The notes under the pieces: model-generated | What the model saw: only the letters and a program-made list of their open reading frames with translations | The model's database searches: none | What the model was told of the DNA's origin: nothing | In this document: positions 55,204 to 64,000 of the stretch, one piece after another | Layout: each line of letters starts with the position of its first letter | Position numbering within the stretch: position 1 is the stretch's first letter | Source of the DNA: an uncultured Candidatus Saccharibacteria bacterium | Lineage (GTDB): Bacteria; Patescibacteriota; Minisyncoccia; Phycocordibacterales; Phycocordibacteraceae | Reading direction: 5' to 3' | Assembly: GCA_964618705.1 (NCBI GenBank) | Contig: CAZUBJ010000001.1 | Coordinates: 2,050 to 66,049, forward strand | Length of the DNA stretch: 64,000 nucleotides | Program-made: the position numbers and the translations under genes

Positions 55204-55683
55204 TTATTGCGTCGCCGCTATGAGCTGTTCGCGTCCGAGTCGGAAGTAGCCCTTCACGGTGCCGTGCGGTCGCTTCAGAATTGCCGCAATTTCCGAGTCC
55301 GAGAACCCGATGCTTCCGAGCAGAATCGCCTTTCGGCGATCAGACTGCATGTTCGCCACGTACGCGAGCACTTCTGTGAGCTCTACCTGCACTTCCTGGA
55401 CCGCTTCGGTGCGGTCGCTGTTCAAGCGCAGTCGGGAGAGCATCCGCCCCTCCGTCCTTTCCTTGCGGATGGAGTCAATGAACAAGCGCTTCATAATCAC
55501 CTGTGCCCAGGGCAAGAGCTCTCGGGTAGGGTCGTATGCGCTCCGTTGATCGAGCAGTTTGGCGACGGTGGTCTGCACCAGGTCTTCTGCGCGTTCACGG
55601 TGGCGGGTCAGCTTCTTCGCGTAGTTGCGCAGTGCGCTATAGGTCGCCAGTATCCGGCGACCATACTCAACTTCGTTTTGCAT
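55204..55683 (-). CDS. ECF (sigma-70 family) RNA polymerase sigma factor
   Basis: Region 2 is DLVQTTVAKLL...WAQVIMKRLFIDSIRKE and region 4 is the HTH SDSEIAAILKRPHGTVKGYFRLGREQL. I chose the start at ATG 55683 with an AGGAGG SD 5 nt upstream. Confidence 0.75.
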   Translation of the reverse strand: MQNEVEYGRRILATYSALRNYAKKLTRHRERAEDLVQTTVAKLLDQRSAYDPTRELLPWAQVIMKRLFIDSIRKERTEGRMLSRLRLNSDRTEAVQEVQVELTEVLAYVANMQSDRRKAILLGSIGFSDSEIAAILKRPHGTVKGYFRLGREQLIAATQ

Positions 55684-55770
55684 GGTTGCCTCCTTCTGGC
55701 TATCCACAACCTACAGCACATATTCTGGAGACGCCAGAGCCCCACTGTGCGCAGTGCTACTATTACCCCA

Positions 55771-57357
55771 ATGCTTCGGCGCATCATTGCCACTATAGAG
55801 TCCTCATCACTCACCCTGTATTCATTCATGGGTGCAGTGGCGGGAGTCGTCTTTCTCCGTTTCTTCCTAGAATCCTTTAGCGCCCGCACCCCTACGGGTT
55901 TTGTCGCAAGCGACGCGCCCACACTCGTTCACTACGGACTCTTCTTCCTGGCAGCGCTCCTATTGCATACACTCATCGTTGCGTTTGTGACGCGCGAGAA
56001 GATGCTCACTGTGCTCAAAATCAGCACGTACGCACTCCCGCTCATCCTGATTGCTCCGATCATCGACATATTCATGGGTGGGGGAACGATGGCGTATTTG
56101 ATACAGCCACTGCCAGAGCTGATTGCAGACTTCCTCACATTCTTTGGTCCACTACAGGGCTCAGGTGCTACGGTGGGTATTCGTATTGAGCTTGCCATAG
56201 TGCTTGCGGGTCTTGGAACTTATATATGGCTCAAGACTGCCAGTGTGTGGCGTACCGCGCTTGGCGTGTTTCTCTCCTATGTGGTGGTGTTTGGCATGGG
56301 CGCATGGCCAAGCCTGGTAGCCATTGCCACTGGCGGCACCGCGCATGTGATGTTCCTGGCAAGTGACTTGAGCAGCTCACTCATTGCACGCTCGTTCCTA
56401 CACCCAAGCGAGGTGTACAGCGGATTCCGTCTTCTTGAGATGTACTTCAGTGCCTACATGGCGCAGAGCATGTTCCTCCTCTCGCTTATCTGTGGCTACT
56501 TTGTACTGCGCTCTATTTCTCCACGCGTGGTGAAAGCAGTGAAGGCGAACATGCGCCCGCTACGTCTACTAAACTATATGGCGCTGGCGACACTGGGCTT
56601 TTTGCTTGCGCTCTACTTCGCTCCTATCACCTGGTCTGTCTACGACGTCATTACGGTGCTTGTCGCGTTTTCCTGTATCAAGCTTCTGTGGGTCTTTGCG
56701 GTCACCGCAAACGATTTGGGAGACGAAGATATCGACCGTATTTCAAATGCTTCCCGCCCTCTTATTACGGGTGCGATGAGTCGAACCGAAATGATCCAGG
56801 TCGCCGTAGGAGCTCTTATATTGGTGATTTTGGGAGGTCTCTCGCTTGGGTCCTATTCGCTGTTCTATCTCCTTATATATGTAGCCATCGTTGTGGTGTA
56901 CTCGTTCCCGCCACTGCGCCTGCGCCGATTCCCTGTGGTGTCGCACATGCTCATTGGCTTTGCGTGCCTGTGCATGGTCCTCATGGGATTCTTTCTCGCT
57001 TCACCCGCGCGCGAACTTGCGGCATTCCCACCATACGCTGCGCTTCTCGTTGTCATTATTTTTACGCTTGGACTTAACTTGAAAGATTTGAAGGACGAAG
57101 CGGGAGACCGAGCCGCAGGTGTGGTCACCATAGCGACGCTACTTGGTGCGAAGCGCGCACAGTATGTGATTGCTGCATTACTGTTTGTGGCAGCATTGCT
57201 TGTGCCATTTATGCTGCAGGAGCCGTCACTTTGGATTCCGTGCATTGTAAGCGGCGCCATTGTTGCCGCTGGAGTAGCGAAAGGGAAGCGGGAAAAGTTT
57301 GTTTTTGTAATCTATTTCTTATTTGTGCTGTACCTGATATTCAGACTGGTGGCATAG
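55771..57357 (+). CDS. Polytopic membrane protein: N-terminal ~240-aa multi-TM domain fused to a C-terminal UbiA-family prenyltransferase-like domain
   Basis: The C-terminal half carries UbiA Asp-rich motifs NDLGDEDIDRI (NDxxDxxxD) and KDLKDEAGDRAAG (DxxDxxxD). It has more than 12 TM helices. The track ORF start (55207) overlaps the sigma gene on the opposite strand, so I chose ATG 55771. Confidence 0.55.
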   Translation: MLRRIIATIESSSLTLYSFMGAVAGVVFLRFFLESFSARTPTGFVASDAPTLVHYGLFFLAALLLHTLIVAFVTREKMLTVLKISTYALPLILIAPIIDIFMGGGTMAYLIQPLPELIADFLTFFGPLQGSGATVGIRIELAIVLAGLGTYIWLKTASVWRTALGVFLSYVVVFGMGAWPSLVAIATGGTAHVMFLASDLSSSLIARSFLHPSEVYSGFRLLEMYFSAYMAQSMFLLSLICGYFVLRSISPRVVKAVKANMRPLRLLNYMALATLGFLLALYFAPITWSVYDVITVLVAFSCIKLLWVFAVTANDLGDEDIDRISNASRPLITGAMSRTEMIQVAVGALILVILGGLSLGSYSLFYLLIYVAIVVVYSFPPLRLRRFPVVSHMLIGFACLCMVLMGFFLASPARELAAFPPYAALLVVIIFTLGLNLKDLKDEAGDRAAGVVTIATLLGAKRAQYVIAALLFVAALLVPFMLQEPSLWIPCIVSGAIVAAGVAKGKREKFVFVIYFLFVLYLIFRLVA

Positions 57358-57435
57358 GCTGTTCTAGTTCGTTCAGTATATACGGCGCATAATTTGCTAT
57401 AGACAGCCAAAGCAGGGGGCGTACACTTATTTGCA

Positions 57436-60400
57436 ATGACACTGGGGGTGTCCGGGCGTTGGGAACATTACACGCAGAACATTTTTAGTATGACTATTTC
57501 ACAGAAGCTAGCGAGCTTCGCTCGCCGCGCATCGTTTGCATTTATTGCAGCTGCGCTTTTATTCACCAGTACTGCGGACATCGCGTTTGCGGTTGCTCCT
57601 CTAGCAGTTAATGACAACTACAGCGCAACAATGGACGTTCAGTTGTCTGTTAATGCATTGGACGGTGTCCTAACTAACGACTCAGACGATGTCGGACCGA
57701 TTGCTGCAATAGCTGTTGTGGCAGGGTCAACTACTGCGGGAGGCTCGTACGACTTAAGTACTGACGGGTCGTTTGTGTACACGCCGCCTTCTGGGTATAG
57801 AGGTTCAGATACTTTCACCTATGAAGTGAACGACATTGCCCTTGAAGGCCCCTCCTCCGCCACTGTTGAAATTCTCGTGGAAGACCCGGCTGTCGCAAAT
57901 GTAGCAACTCTCTCGGAGTTGAATGCTGCTCTAGGAAATCCTGCAAAAACCACTATCAATCTCACCGCGGACATAAGCGGTATTACTGACACTGTGGTTC
58001 TGAATCGTGCATTGACGCTAAATGGAGGAGGAAATTCTCTTTCCTTTACTGGTCTAGAAGCAGCCACCCCAAACGACGAGGGAGTAACTATCGTGGCTCC
58101 AGCAACGATCAATAATCTAGTTGTGGATGCTGGCCTTGTAGTACCTGCTACTTGGGTTGGTACCTACGCTGTTCAGGTATACAACTCAACTGCGACACTA
58201 CATAACGTCACAGCGACAGGTGCAAACGGAGGTATCATGGTGAACAACTCAAACGTGACGCTCACAGGCACCGTAGACGTCTCTGGAAACGGATTTGGTG
58301 GCATTGAGTCTTCGAACGGTTCTGTTCTTACTGTTTCGTCTGCTTCATTCACGAATACTTCGGAAGTGTATGGCAAGCCTACTCTCTGGGAGGACGGACT
58401 AACGGGCACCACTGTTGTAAATTACGGTTCGATTACAAGAATTGAGAAGGGCTCTCAGTATCAGTTTTACCTTTCCGCAGACAACGCCAAAATTCCTCAG
58501 ACGATTACCTTCGCTGACCCTACAGATCTCACCTACGGTGATTTCGCAACATTCTCTGTAGCCCCAACTGCAGACTCAAGCCTTCTTGTTTCTATCGGAA
58601 CCAGTGGTGCCTGTAGCAAGGCCGGGTTCCTTGTGACTGTTACTGGCGCTGGTACCTGTACCATTACTGCGACACAGACCGGAGACGCAATCTACGCCGC
58701 AGCCACTCCTGTAGTGCAGTCAGTGACTATCAGCCCCCGCGCAGTGACTGTCACCGCCGCGAGTGTTACAAAGGAATACGACACTACGACTTCCTCTGCA
58801 GGTACCCCAACTTTGACCGCAGGCTCCCTCGCGTTCTTTGAATCAGCAACATACAGCCAGACATACGTGTCTTCTGATGTTGGGGTAGGAATTGTAATTG
58901 AATCAGCTTCTTCGCTCGATTCCAATGCAAACTACGCCGTTACTCATGTAGACGGTTCAGGCGATATCACTCCAGCATCACTCACTGCAACAGCAGTAGC
59001 GGCTGACAAGGAGTACGATGGCAATACAACAACAACCGCTGCTGTATCTGTGACTCCTCTTGCTGGGGATACGGTGACTGCAACATATACAACAGCTATC
59101 TTTGACACTAAAGATGTTGGGGTGGGAAAGACGGTCACGGTGTCTGGTATTGCGCTTGATGGAGCGGACAAAGACAACTATGCGCTTACGATCAACTCTG
59201 CTACGGACGGAGCAGATGTTACAGCTAAAGCGCTTACGGTAGATGTAACGGTAGACAACAAGGTGTACGACAACACCACGGCAGCTACCATTACTGGATA
59301 TACCCCAGTGGGACTTGTCGGGCTTGAGACCGTCACCATTAACGGCGGAGTCGCAACGTTCACCGACAACGAGAACGTCGGGGCGGGAAAGCCAGTATCA
59401 ATCACAGGTCTAAACCTCGTGGCTAATGCAGTGTCTGCGAACTACTCATTCACAACAACTGATACCACCACGGCAAACATCACCACTCGTGCTATCACGG
59501 TGACCGCCGTGACTGCTACAAAGGTGTATGACGGACACACGACTTCAGCAGGGACCCCGGCTATCACTGGTCTCGGACTCGCGACGGGCGATACTTCAGG
59601 ATTCTCACAGGTATATGACACTGCGAACGCAGGAACAGGAAAGTCCCTTTCAGTTGCCGGTGCAGTGAATGATGGCAACGGTGGAAACAACTACGCCGTA
59701 ACTCCAGTCTCAGTAAGTACTGGGGAGATTACCAAGGCACCACTCACTATCACGGCGCAGGACAAGACTAAGGTGTATGGGGACGCCAATCCTGTGGCTA
59801 CTGCAAGCTACTCTGGATTCGTTAACAGTGAGAACGAGTCAATACTCGATGTCGCGGTTACGCTCGTGGTTGTCGCTAACAACCAGACTGACGTAAACAA
59901 TCACCCAATCACGGCGTTTGGTGCCGCTGACGGGAACTATGCCATCACGCACGTGAATGGAAACTTGGAAATTACCAAGCGCCCACTCACCACGACGGTT
60001 GTCGCAACAGACAAGGAATACGACGGCACCACTGACGCTGATGTAGCACTTACCTTAAACGGCGTACTCTTCGCAGATGTGGTGACGGTAAGCAATACCG
60101 ACGCAGACTTTGACACAAAGAATGTGGGCACAGGCAAGACGGTGACTGCTACGGGTGTAGCTATTGCGGGTGCTGACGCAGGGAATTACAGCATCGCGGC
60201 CACTGCTACTGACACTGCAGACATCACTGCAGCACCACTTTCAGTGACTGCTAACGCGGCCACAAAAGTGTATGGAGATGCTGACCCAGTATTCACCTAC
60301 ACTGCAACAGGACTTGTGTCAGGCGACAGCTTCACAGGCGCGCTATCTCGTGACGCTGGAGAGGATGTAAGCGACTACGCGATGGAAATCGGTTCCCTGT

Positions 60401-61587
60401 CAGCTGGTTCGAACTACGGCACCATCGTATTCACGCCAGCAGACCTAAGCATCACCAAGGCCCCGCTCACTATCACCGCTGACGACAAGACTCGAGTGTA
60501 TGGAAACGCTAATCCAACTTTCACTCTTACATACAGCGCTTTCCAGTTCAGTGACGACGAGAATAATCTGGACACCGCTGTTGAGGGTTATACCGTAGCT
60601 GGGCAGTTTGACGACGCCGGTACGTACAGCATTGATGTTGTGGAAGACGGTGGGGGATTTGGTCCATCAGCATTGGTTGAAGACGACAACTACGAGCTCA
60701 TGCTTGTAAGCGGAACACTCACTATCGAGCGTGCGGACCAGGAAATTACCTTTGATCCGCTCGCGGACATGGAATTCGGAGATGCAGACTTTGACGTAGC
60801 TGCTACATCGGATTCCGATGAAGACGTAGTGTTCAGTGCAGCTGGCGCATGTACGGTATCTGGAGCAACGGTTCACCTTACTACCAAGGGCACCTGCACC
60901 ATCACTGCCTCCGTTCCAGCAAGCACTAACTACAACGCAGCAGTGTCTGTAGACCAGAGCTTTGAAGTGGCCGACGTTGCTGTGCCAGTAATCACTCTTG
61001 CTGGTTCTGCGTCACTCACCCTGACGACAGGAGATGGCTACGTTGATGCGGGAGCAACCGCAACTGACGACGTGGACGGAGACATCACAGCAAGCATTGT
61101 GACGGTGAATCCGGTAAACATGGATCTCGCAGGCACCTACACCATCACATACAACGTGACGGATGGAGCCGGGAACATTGGAGCAGAAGCGACACGCACC
61201 GTAGTGGTAGAACGACGCAGTAGCGGTGGTGGTGGAGGCTCGTCTCGCAACACAGAGACTGTGGCCACTGGTGGTCGCGTGCTCGGTGCTGCCCTCTACT
61301 TCTTTGCAACTGACCTCACTGTCGGCTCTACGGGAGCAGATGTTATGGAGCTTCAGAAGGTTCTTATTGAGGCTGGCTACCTAAAGATTGCAGCTCCAAC
61401 TGGCTACTTTGGTCCAATGACGCAGGCAGCGGTAAAGCTGTACCAGGCGGCAAAGGGAATCCAGACAACGGGATACGTTGGTCCACTTACGCGCGCAGCG
61501 CTTAACCAGGGAACAGCACCAAAGACCGCAGAGGAGCAGATTGCCGATTTGATGGCGCAACTTAAGGCGCTTCAGGCCCAGCAGTAA
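57436..61587 (+). CDS. Giant cell-surface protein (1383 aa): signal peptide, cadherin/Ig-like domain, right-handed beta-helix region, ~8 MBG (YDG/KVYGD) repeats, DUF5011 Ig-like domain, Gly-rich linker and a C-terminal peptidoglycan-binding (PG_binding_1) domain
   Basis: The signal peptide is MTISQKLASFARRASFAFIAAALLFTSTADIAFA, and an alternative ATG lies at 57490. The cadherin/Ig-like motif is VNDNYSATMDVQL..VLTNDSD. Repeated KVYGDANP, KEYDGTT and KVYDGHT blocks are present. The DUF5011-like domain is TATDDVDGDIT. The C-terminal PG-binding domain is VMELQKVLIEAGYL...GYFGPMTQAAVKLYQ. Confidence 0.7.
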   Translation: MTLGVSGRWEHYTQNIFSMTISQKLASFARRASFAFIAAALLFTSTADIAFAVAPLAVNDNYSATMDVQLSVNALDGVLTNDSDDVGPIAAIAVVAGSTTAGGSYDLSTDGSFVYTPPSGYRGSDTFTYEVNDIALEGPSSATVEILVEDPAVANVATLSELNAALGNPAKTTINLTADISGITDTVVLNRALTLNGGGNSLSFTGLEAATPNDEGVTIVAPATINNLVVDAGLVVPATWVGTYAVQVYNSTATLHNVTATGANGGIMVNNSNVTLTGTVDVSGNGFGGIESSNGSVLTVSSASFTNTSEVYGKPTLWEDGLTGTTVVNYGSITRIEKGSQYQFYLSADNAKIPQTITFADPTDLTYGDFATFSVAPTADSSLLVSIGTSGACSKAGFLVTVTGAGTCTITATQTGDAIYAAATPVVQSVTISPRAVTVTAASVTKEYDTTTSSAGTPTLTAGSLAFFESATYSQTYVSSDVGVGIVIESASSLDSNANYAVTHVDGSGDITPASLTATAVAADKEYDGNTTTTAAVSVTPLAGDTVTATYTTAIFDTKDVGVGKTVTVSGIALDGADKDNYALTINSATDGADVTAKALTVDVTVDNKVYDNTTAATITGYTPVGLVGLETVTINGGVATFTDNENVGAGKPVSITGLNLVANAVSANYSFTTTDTTTANITTRAITVTAVTATKVYDGHTTSAGTPAITGLGLATGDTSGFSQVYDTANAGTGKSLSVAGAVNDGNGGNNYAVTPVSVSTGEITKAPLTITAQDKTKVYGDANPVATASYSGFVNSENESILDVAVTLVVVANNQTDVNNHPITAFGAADGNYAITHVNGNLEITKRPLTTTVVATDKEYDGTTDADVALTLNGVLFADVVTVSNTDADFDTKNVGTGKTVTATGVAIAGADAGNYSIAATATDTADITAAPLSVTANAATKVYGDADPVFTYTATGLVSGDSFTGALSRDAGEDVSDYAMEIGSLSAGSNYGTIVFTPADLSITKAPLTITADDKTRVYGNANPTFTLTYSAFQFSDDENNLDTAVEGYTVAGQFDDAGTYSIDVVEDGGGFGPSALVEDDNYELMLVSGTLTIERADQEITFDPLADMEFGDADFDVAATSDSDEDVVFSAAGACTVSGATVHLTTKGTCTITASVPASTNYNAAVSVDQSFEVADVAVPVITLAGSASLTLTTGDGYVDAGATATDDVDGDITASIVTVNPVNMDLAGTYTITYNVTDGAGNIGAEATRTVVVERRSSGGGGGSSRNTETVATGGRVLGAALYFFATDLTVGSTGADVMELQKVLIEAGYLKIAAPTGYFGPMTQAAVKLYQAAKGIQTTGYVGPLTRAALNQGTAPKTAEEQIADLMAQLKALQAQQ

Positions 61588-61633
61588 TTACCTGCATGTT
61601 AGTAGTAGCAAAGCGCCCGCGAAAGCGGGCGCT

Positions 61634-62134
61634 TTGTGCGTGCTACCATTTATGTATATGACCACATTGCGTACCGTAGGTATCTTTCTCATCTGTATCG
61701 CAGCGTCGCTTCTAGCGGGCTTCTGGGGCTCTACAGGCACCGTAGGAAGCATTGCTGGCTGGTACTCCATAATCAACAAACCGTTCTGGACGCCACCGAA
61801 CTGGGTGTTCATGCCGGTATGGACACTGCTCTTTATCCTTATGGGCACAGCAGCTGCGCTGGTGTGGAAGAGTGGAAAGAAGGATGCGTGGAAGCCGGTG
61901 CTATTCTTCTTCGCTCACCTAGTGGTGAACACGTACTGGTCTATCGTATTCTTTACGAACCAGGACCCGGTCACGGCACTCTACGTCATTGCTGTTCTGT
62001 GGCTCATGATTGTCGGCATGATGGTGTGGTTCTGGCGCTACTCACGCGTCGCCACGTACTTGCTCGTGCCGTACATTCTGTGGGTGAGCTACGCCACCAC
62101 GCTTAACATCGGCATTGTCCTTCTAAATCAATAA
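61634..62134 (+). CDS. tspO: TspO/MBR family tryptophan-rich sensory protein
   Basis: It has five TM helices and is Trp-rich (GWYSIINKPFWTPPNWVFMPVWTLLFILMG). Its size is typical of the family. Confidence 0.75.
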   Translation: MCVLPFMYMTTLRTVGIFLICIAASLLAGFWGSTGTVGSIAGWYSIINKPFWTPPNWVFMPVWTLLFILMGTAAALVWKSGKKDAWKPVLFFFAHLVVNTYWSIVFFTNQDPVTALYVIAVLWLMIVGMMVWFWRYSRVATYLLVPYILWVSYATTLNIGIVLLNQ

Positions 62135-62136
62135 TT

Positions 62137-62541
62137 ATGCGCTACGTACAACTCTTTGCTCTGACTCTTCCTATTGCCCTCGTTCTTGATGTTATCTGGA
62201 TTGTAGGAATCGCTATGCCGTTCTACCGTGCAGAGCTTGGTGGGCTACTCGCAACTGACGTGGTGTGGCCGGCTGCTATTGCGTTCTATGTGTTCTACAT
62301 AATCGCGCTCATTGTGTTTGTGCTAAAGCCAGCAATCATTGCGCACTCATTGAAGAAGGCCGTACTTCTCGGGGCTTTTCTTGGCTTCACGGCGTACATG
62401 ACGTACGACCTCACCAACCTCGCTACCACTGAGGGCTGGTCGCTCGCGGTTGCGTTGGTGGATATGCTCTGGGGCACCGTCTTTACCGCGGTGCTAGCTG
62501 CTATCTCGTACACCTTCGCTACAAAGTGGTTGAAGATGTAG
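62137..62541 (+). CDS. DUF2177 family small membrane protein
   Basis: It is 134 aa with four TM helices and the YMTYDLTNLAT motif. It lies 2 nt after tspO. Confidence 0.5.
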   Translation: MRYVQLFALTLPIALVLDVIWIVGIAMPFYRAELGGLLATDVVWPAAIAFYVFYIIALIVFVLKPAIIAHSLKKAVLLGAFLGFTAYMTYDLTNLATTEGWSLAVALVDMLWGTVFTAVLAAISYTFATKWLKM

Positions 62542-62566
62542 GAAGTTTGTTCGTCTGGGTATAGAA

Positions 62567-62593
62567 AAACGGGCGGCCAAGGGCCGCCCGTTT
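62567..62593. terminator. Bidirectional terminator (AAACGGGCGGCC-AAG-GGCCGCCCGTTT)
   Basis: A perfect 12-bp stem lies between DUF2177 (plus) and the small basic-protein gene (minus). On the minus strand its tail is TTTTTCTATAC. Confidence 0.6.
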
Positions 62594-62616
62594 CACTCGA
62601 GCTAGTCCACCGTCCA

Positions 62617-62931
62617 TTAGAGGGCGGAGCGCCGTCCGTAGGTTTCGGGATCCCAGGTGATCCGTCCGCCAGTCAGACTCGTCTCGCGCGAAGCTGGGGG
62701 AGCGGCGACGCGCGCAGGGCGGACCTTGGGGCCGCGCATGGCATCGACCTGCCGGAACAGACGCTGACGCAGTTCGTCGACAGTGATGCCGCCGTCACTT
62801 GCCCGTGACTGAAACTCGGCGGTGCGACGGCTCTTGTTCAGCCGCTTGCGAATGCTGGCCTTCTTCTGGCCGGGATGCGTCCGCGAGATTCGAGTGGCGG
62901 GCTTTTTGGGCAGAGTGCGCTGAGCAAACAT
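62617..62931 (-). CDS. Small highly basic protein (104 aa, Arg/Lys-rich) in a GC-rich islet
   Basis: The ORF runs at about 63% GC. A strong terminator lies directly downstream on the minus strand. I recognise no family. Confidence 0.35.
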   Translation of the reverse strand: MFAQRTLPKKPATRISRTHPGQKKASIRKRLNKSRRTAEFQSRASDGGITVDELRQRLFRQVDAMRGPKVRPARVAAPPASRETSLTGGRITWDPETYGRRSAL

Positions 62932-63001
62932 GAAAGATCGTCTCCTTGGTGTTCAGAAGTGAACAGGAGTGATAATGGTTCAAAGAGAGATAATTGGCAA
63001 G

Positions 63002-63967
63002 TTACTTGCCCTGACCGTAGTATTTCTTGAGTAGTTTTACGTGCTCCTGGTAGGTTTCAGTGCAGTGGAAATTGCCACGTGCGTCATGGAAATAGAATAT
63101 GCAATCGGTATTCTTTGGATTGAGTGCTGCGAGCACCGCCGCCATGGATGGGTTTGCGATAGGGCCTGGAGGAAGTCCCTTATTTTGGTACGTGTTGTAC
63201 GCAGACTTGATGTACTTGTCTGCAGGGAGTGGGGTTGGCCACCAACTCTTGGTGGTGCCCTTGTTTGCCTTTGCATACTGAAGCGTTGCGTCAATTTGCA
63301 GGTTCATGCCCATCCAGAGACGGTTCCAAATAATGCCAGAGATTACGCGCATTTCGGTCGGGTCCTGCGTTTCTTTCTGTAGAAGGGACGCGATGGTGAG
63401 TGCATCATCGAGTGGCAGAATTTCCTCCGTCTCTATGCTGTAGCGCGCAACGATTTCTTTCTGGAATCGCTCGTGCAACATGATCTGCACATCTGCGGGA
63501 GTCATGAGGCCGCGCACAGCGTACGTGCCAGGCACCACTTGCCCCTCCGTCATGATTGGCTCTATGGTGCGCATCTGCTTTAGAAAAAGTGCCTTCTGCG
63601 CTGTGTTCCAACCAAGCTGTTTTGCGAACACGGTTGCCACTTCTTCTTGGCGGTATCCCGCACGCACCGTCACAATGCCGCTGGCGCCTACGCTCGCGAG
63701 TGATTGATGAATGGGAAGTGCGGAAATATATTCAGCAAGGCGAGTGATAAGCTCGCTGGCAGTTCCCGCAGCTGCTTGAAGGGAATTGGTATGGAGCGTC
63801 AGCATCTCTTCCACTTTCGGGTCCTCCACAATCTTTTGCTCTTCAGGATAGACAGTAATAGGGAACGCTGGCTGCACGGGCTGAAGAGATGCCCAGTGCA
63901 CGTCTACAGAAATGGCCGTAGGGAGCGCAAAGACCGAAGCGACAAGGGCGAGCATGACCGCAAACAA
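63002..63967 (-). CDS. mltG: Endolytic murein transglycosylase MltG (YceG family). The 5' end may run past the window end.
   Basis: The C-terminal YNTYQNKGLPPGPIANPS and YFHDARGNFHCTETYQEH motifs are typical of MltG, and the protein has an N-terminal TM. The track start is a TTG at 63967, and the frame stays open to nt 64000. Confidence 0.75.
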   Translation of the reverse strand: MFAVMLALVASVFALPTAISVDVHWASLQPVQPAFPITVYPEEQKIVEDPKVEEMLTLHTNSLQAAAGTASELITRLAEYISALPIHQSLASVGASGIVTVRAGYRQEEVATVFAKQLGWNTAQKALFLKQMRTIEPIMTEGQVVPGTYAVRGLMTPADVQIMLHERFQKEIVARYSIETEEILPLDDALTIASLLQKETQDPTEMRVISGIIWNRLWMGMNLQIDATLQYAKANKGTTKSWWPTPLPADKYIKSAYNTYQNKGLPPGPIANPSMAAVLAALNPKNTDCIFYFHDARGNFHCTETYQEHVKLLKKYYGQGK

Positions 63968-64000
63968 AGAGCCCGCCGTGACTAGGCGTGTTGCGAGTGT

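Noticed and set aside
1-64000. CRISPR arrays, rRNA genes, transposases or integrases and prophage
   Set aside because: I saw no short direct-repeat arrays with spacers, no rRNA-like conserved stretches and no DDE or tyrosine-recombinase motifs. The DUF360 holin-like gene is isolated, with no lysin, capsid or terminase nearby.

Overview
This 64-kb window is a gene-dense bacterial chromosomal segment with about 50% GC. Two things suggest a reduced, CPR/Patescibacteria-like (possibly Saccharibacteria-like) genome, though I hold that assignment at low confidence. First, the gene content: a class I LysRS, a DUF5667 anti-sigma factor, a TrbC-like pilin fused to an M15 peptidase, a short DnaX, a UvrC without the HhH domain, and a ParB with no adjacent parA. 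Second, the tight gene packing.

Core genes are clearly recognisable: miaA, a peroxiredoxin, parB, rel, the dprA-topA pair, serS, an ftsQ-like gene, dus, dnaX, trhO, an ABC-F ATPase, lexA-like plus dinB, rsuA-like, an ECF sigma with its anti-sigma, lysK, tgt, uvrB, a two-component pair, uvrA, uvrC, ddl and mltG. There are three tRNAs: Leu-CAA on the minus strand, Gln-TTG and Glu-TTC.

Three loci stand out. The first is an operon at 31.9-39.2 kb: a DUF360 holin-like protein, a 913-aa FtsK/HerA/VirB4-like ATPase, a 1086-aa membrane protein, a 102-aa acidic protein and an FKBP. The second sits at the window start: an SLT transglycosylase followed by a TrbC/VirB2-like pilin fused to an M15 peptidase. 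The third is a cell-surface module at 55.2-62.5 kb: a divergent ECF sigma, a membrane protein with a UbiA-like C-terminal domain, a 1383-aa surface protein with MBG repeats, a beta-helix and a PG-binding domain, then TspO and DUF2177.

A recurring pattern is short GC-rich islets (roughly 56-63% GC against a 50% background) inserted between housekeeping genes. Each carries one to four small genes and is closed by strong GC-rich hairpin terminators. The largest lies between uvrA and uvrC and contains a TetR regulator.

Two long non-coding stretches are dense in hairpins and might hold ncRNAs: 53.7-55.2 kb downstream of tRNA-Glu, and the roughly 500-nt region upstream of ddl.

I saw no CRISPR array, rRNA, transposase or integrase. 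The ORF track uses TTG and GTG as well as ATG starts, and I adjusted several starts from RBS and family evidence.
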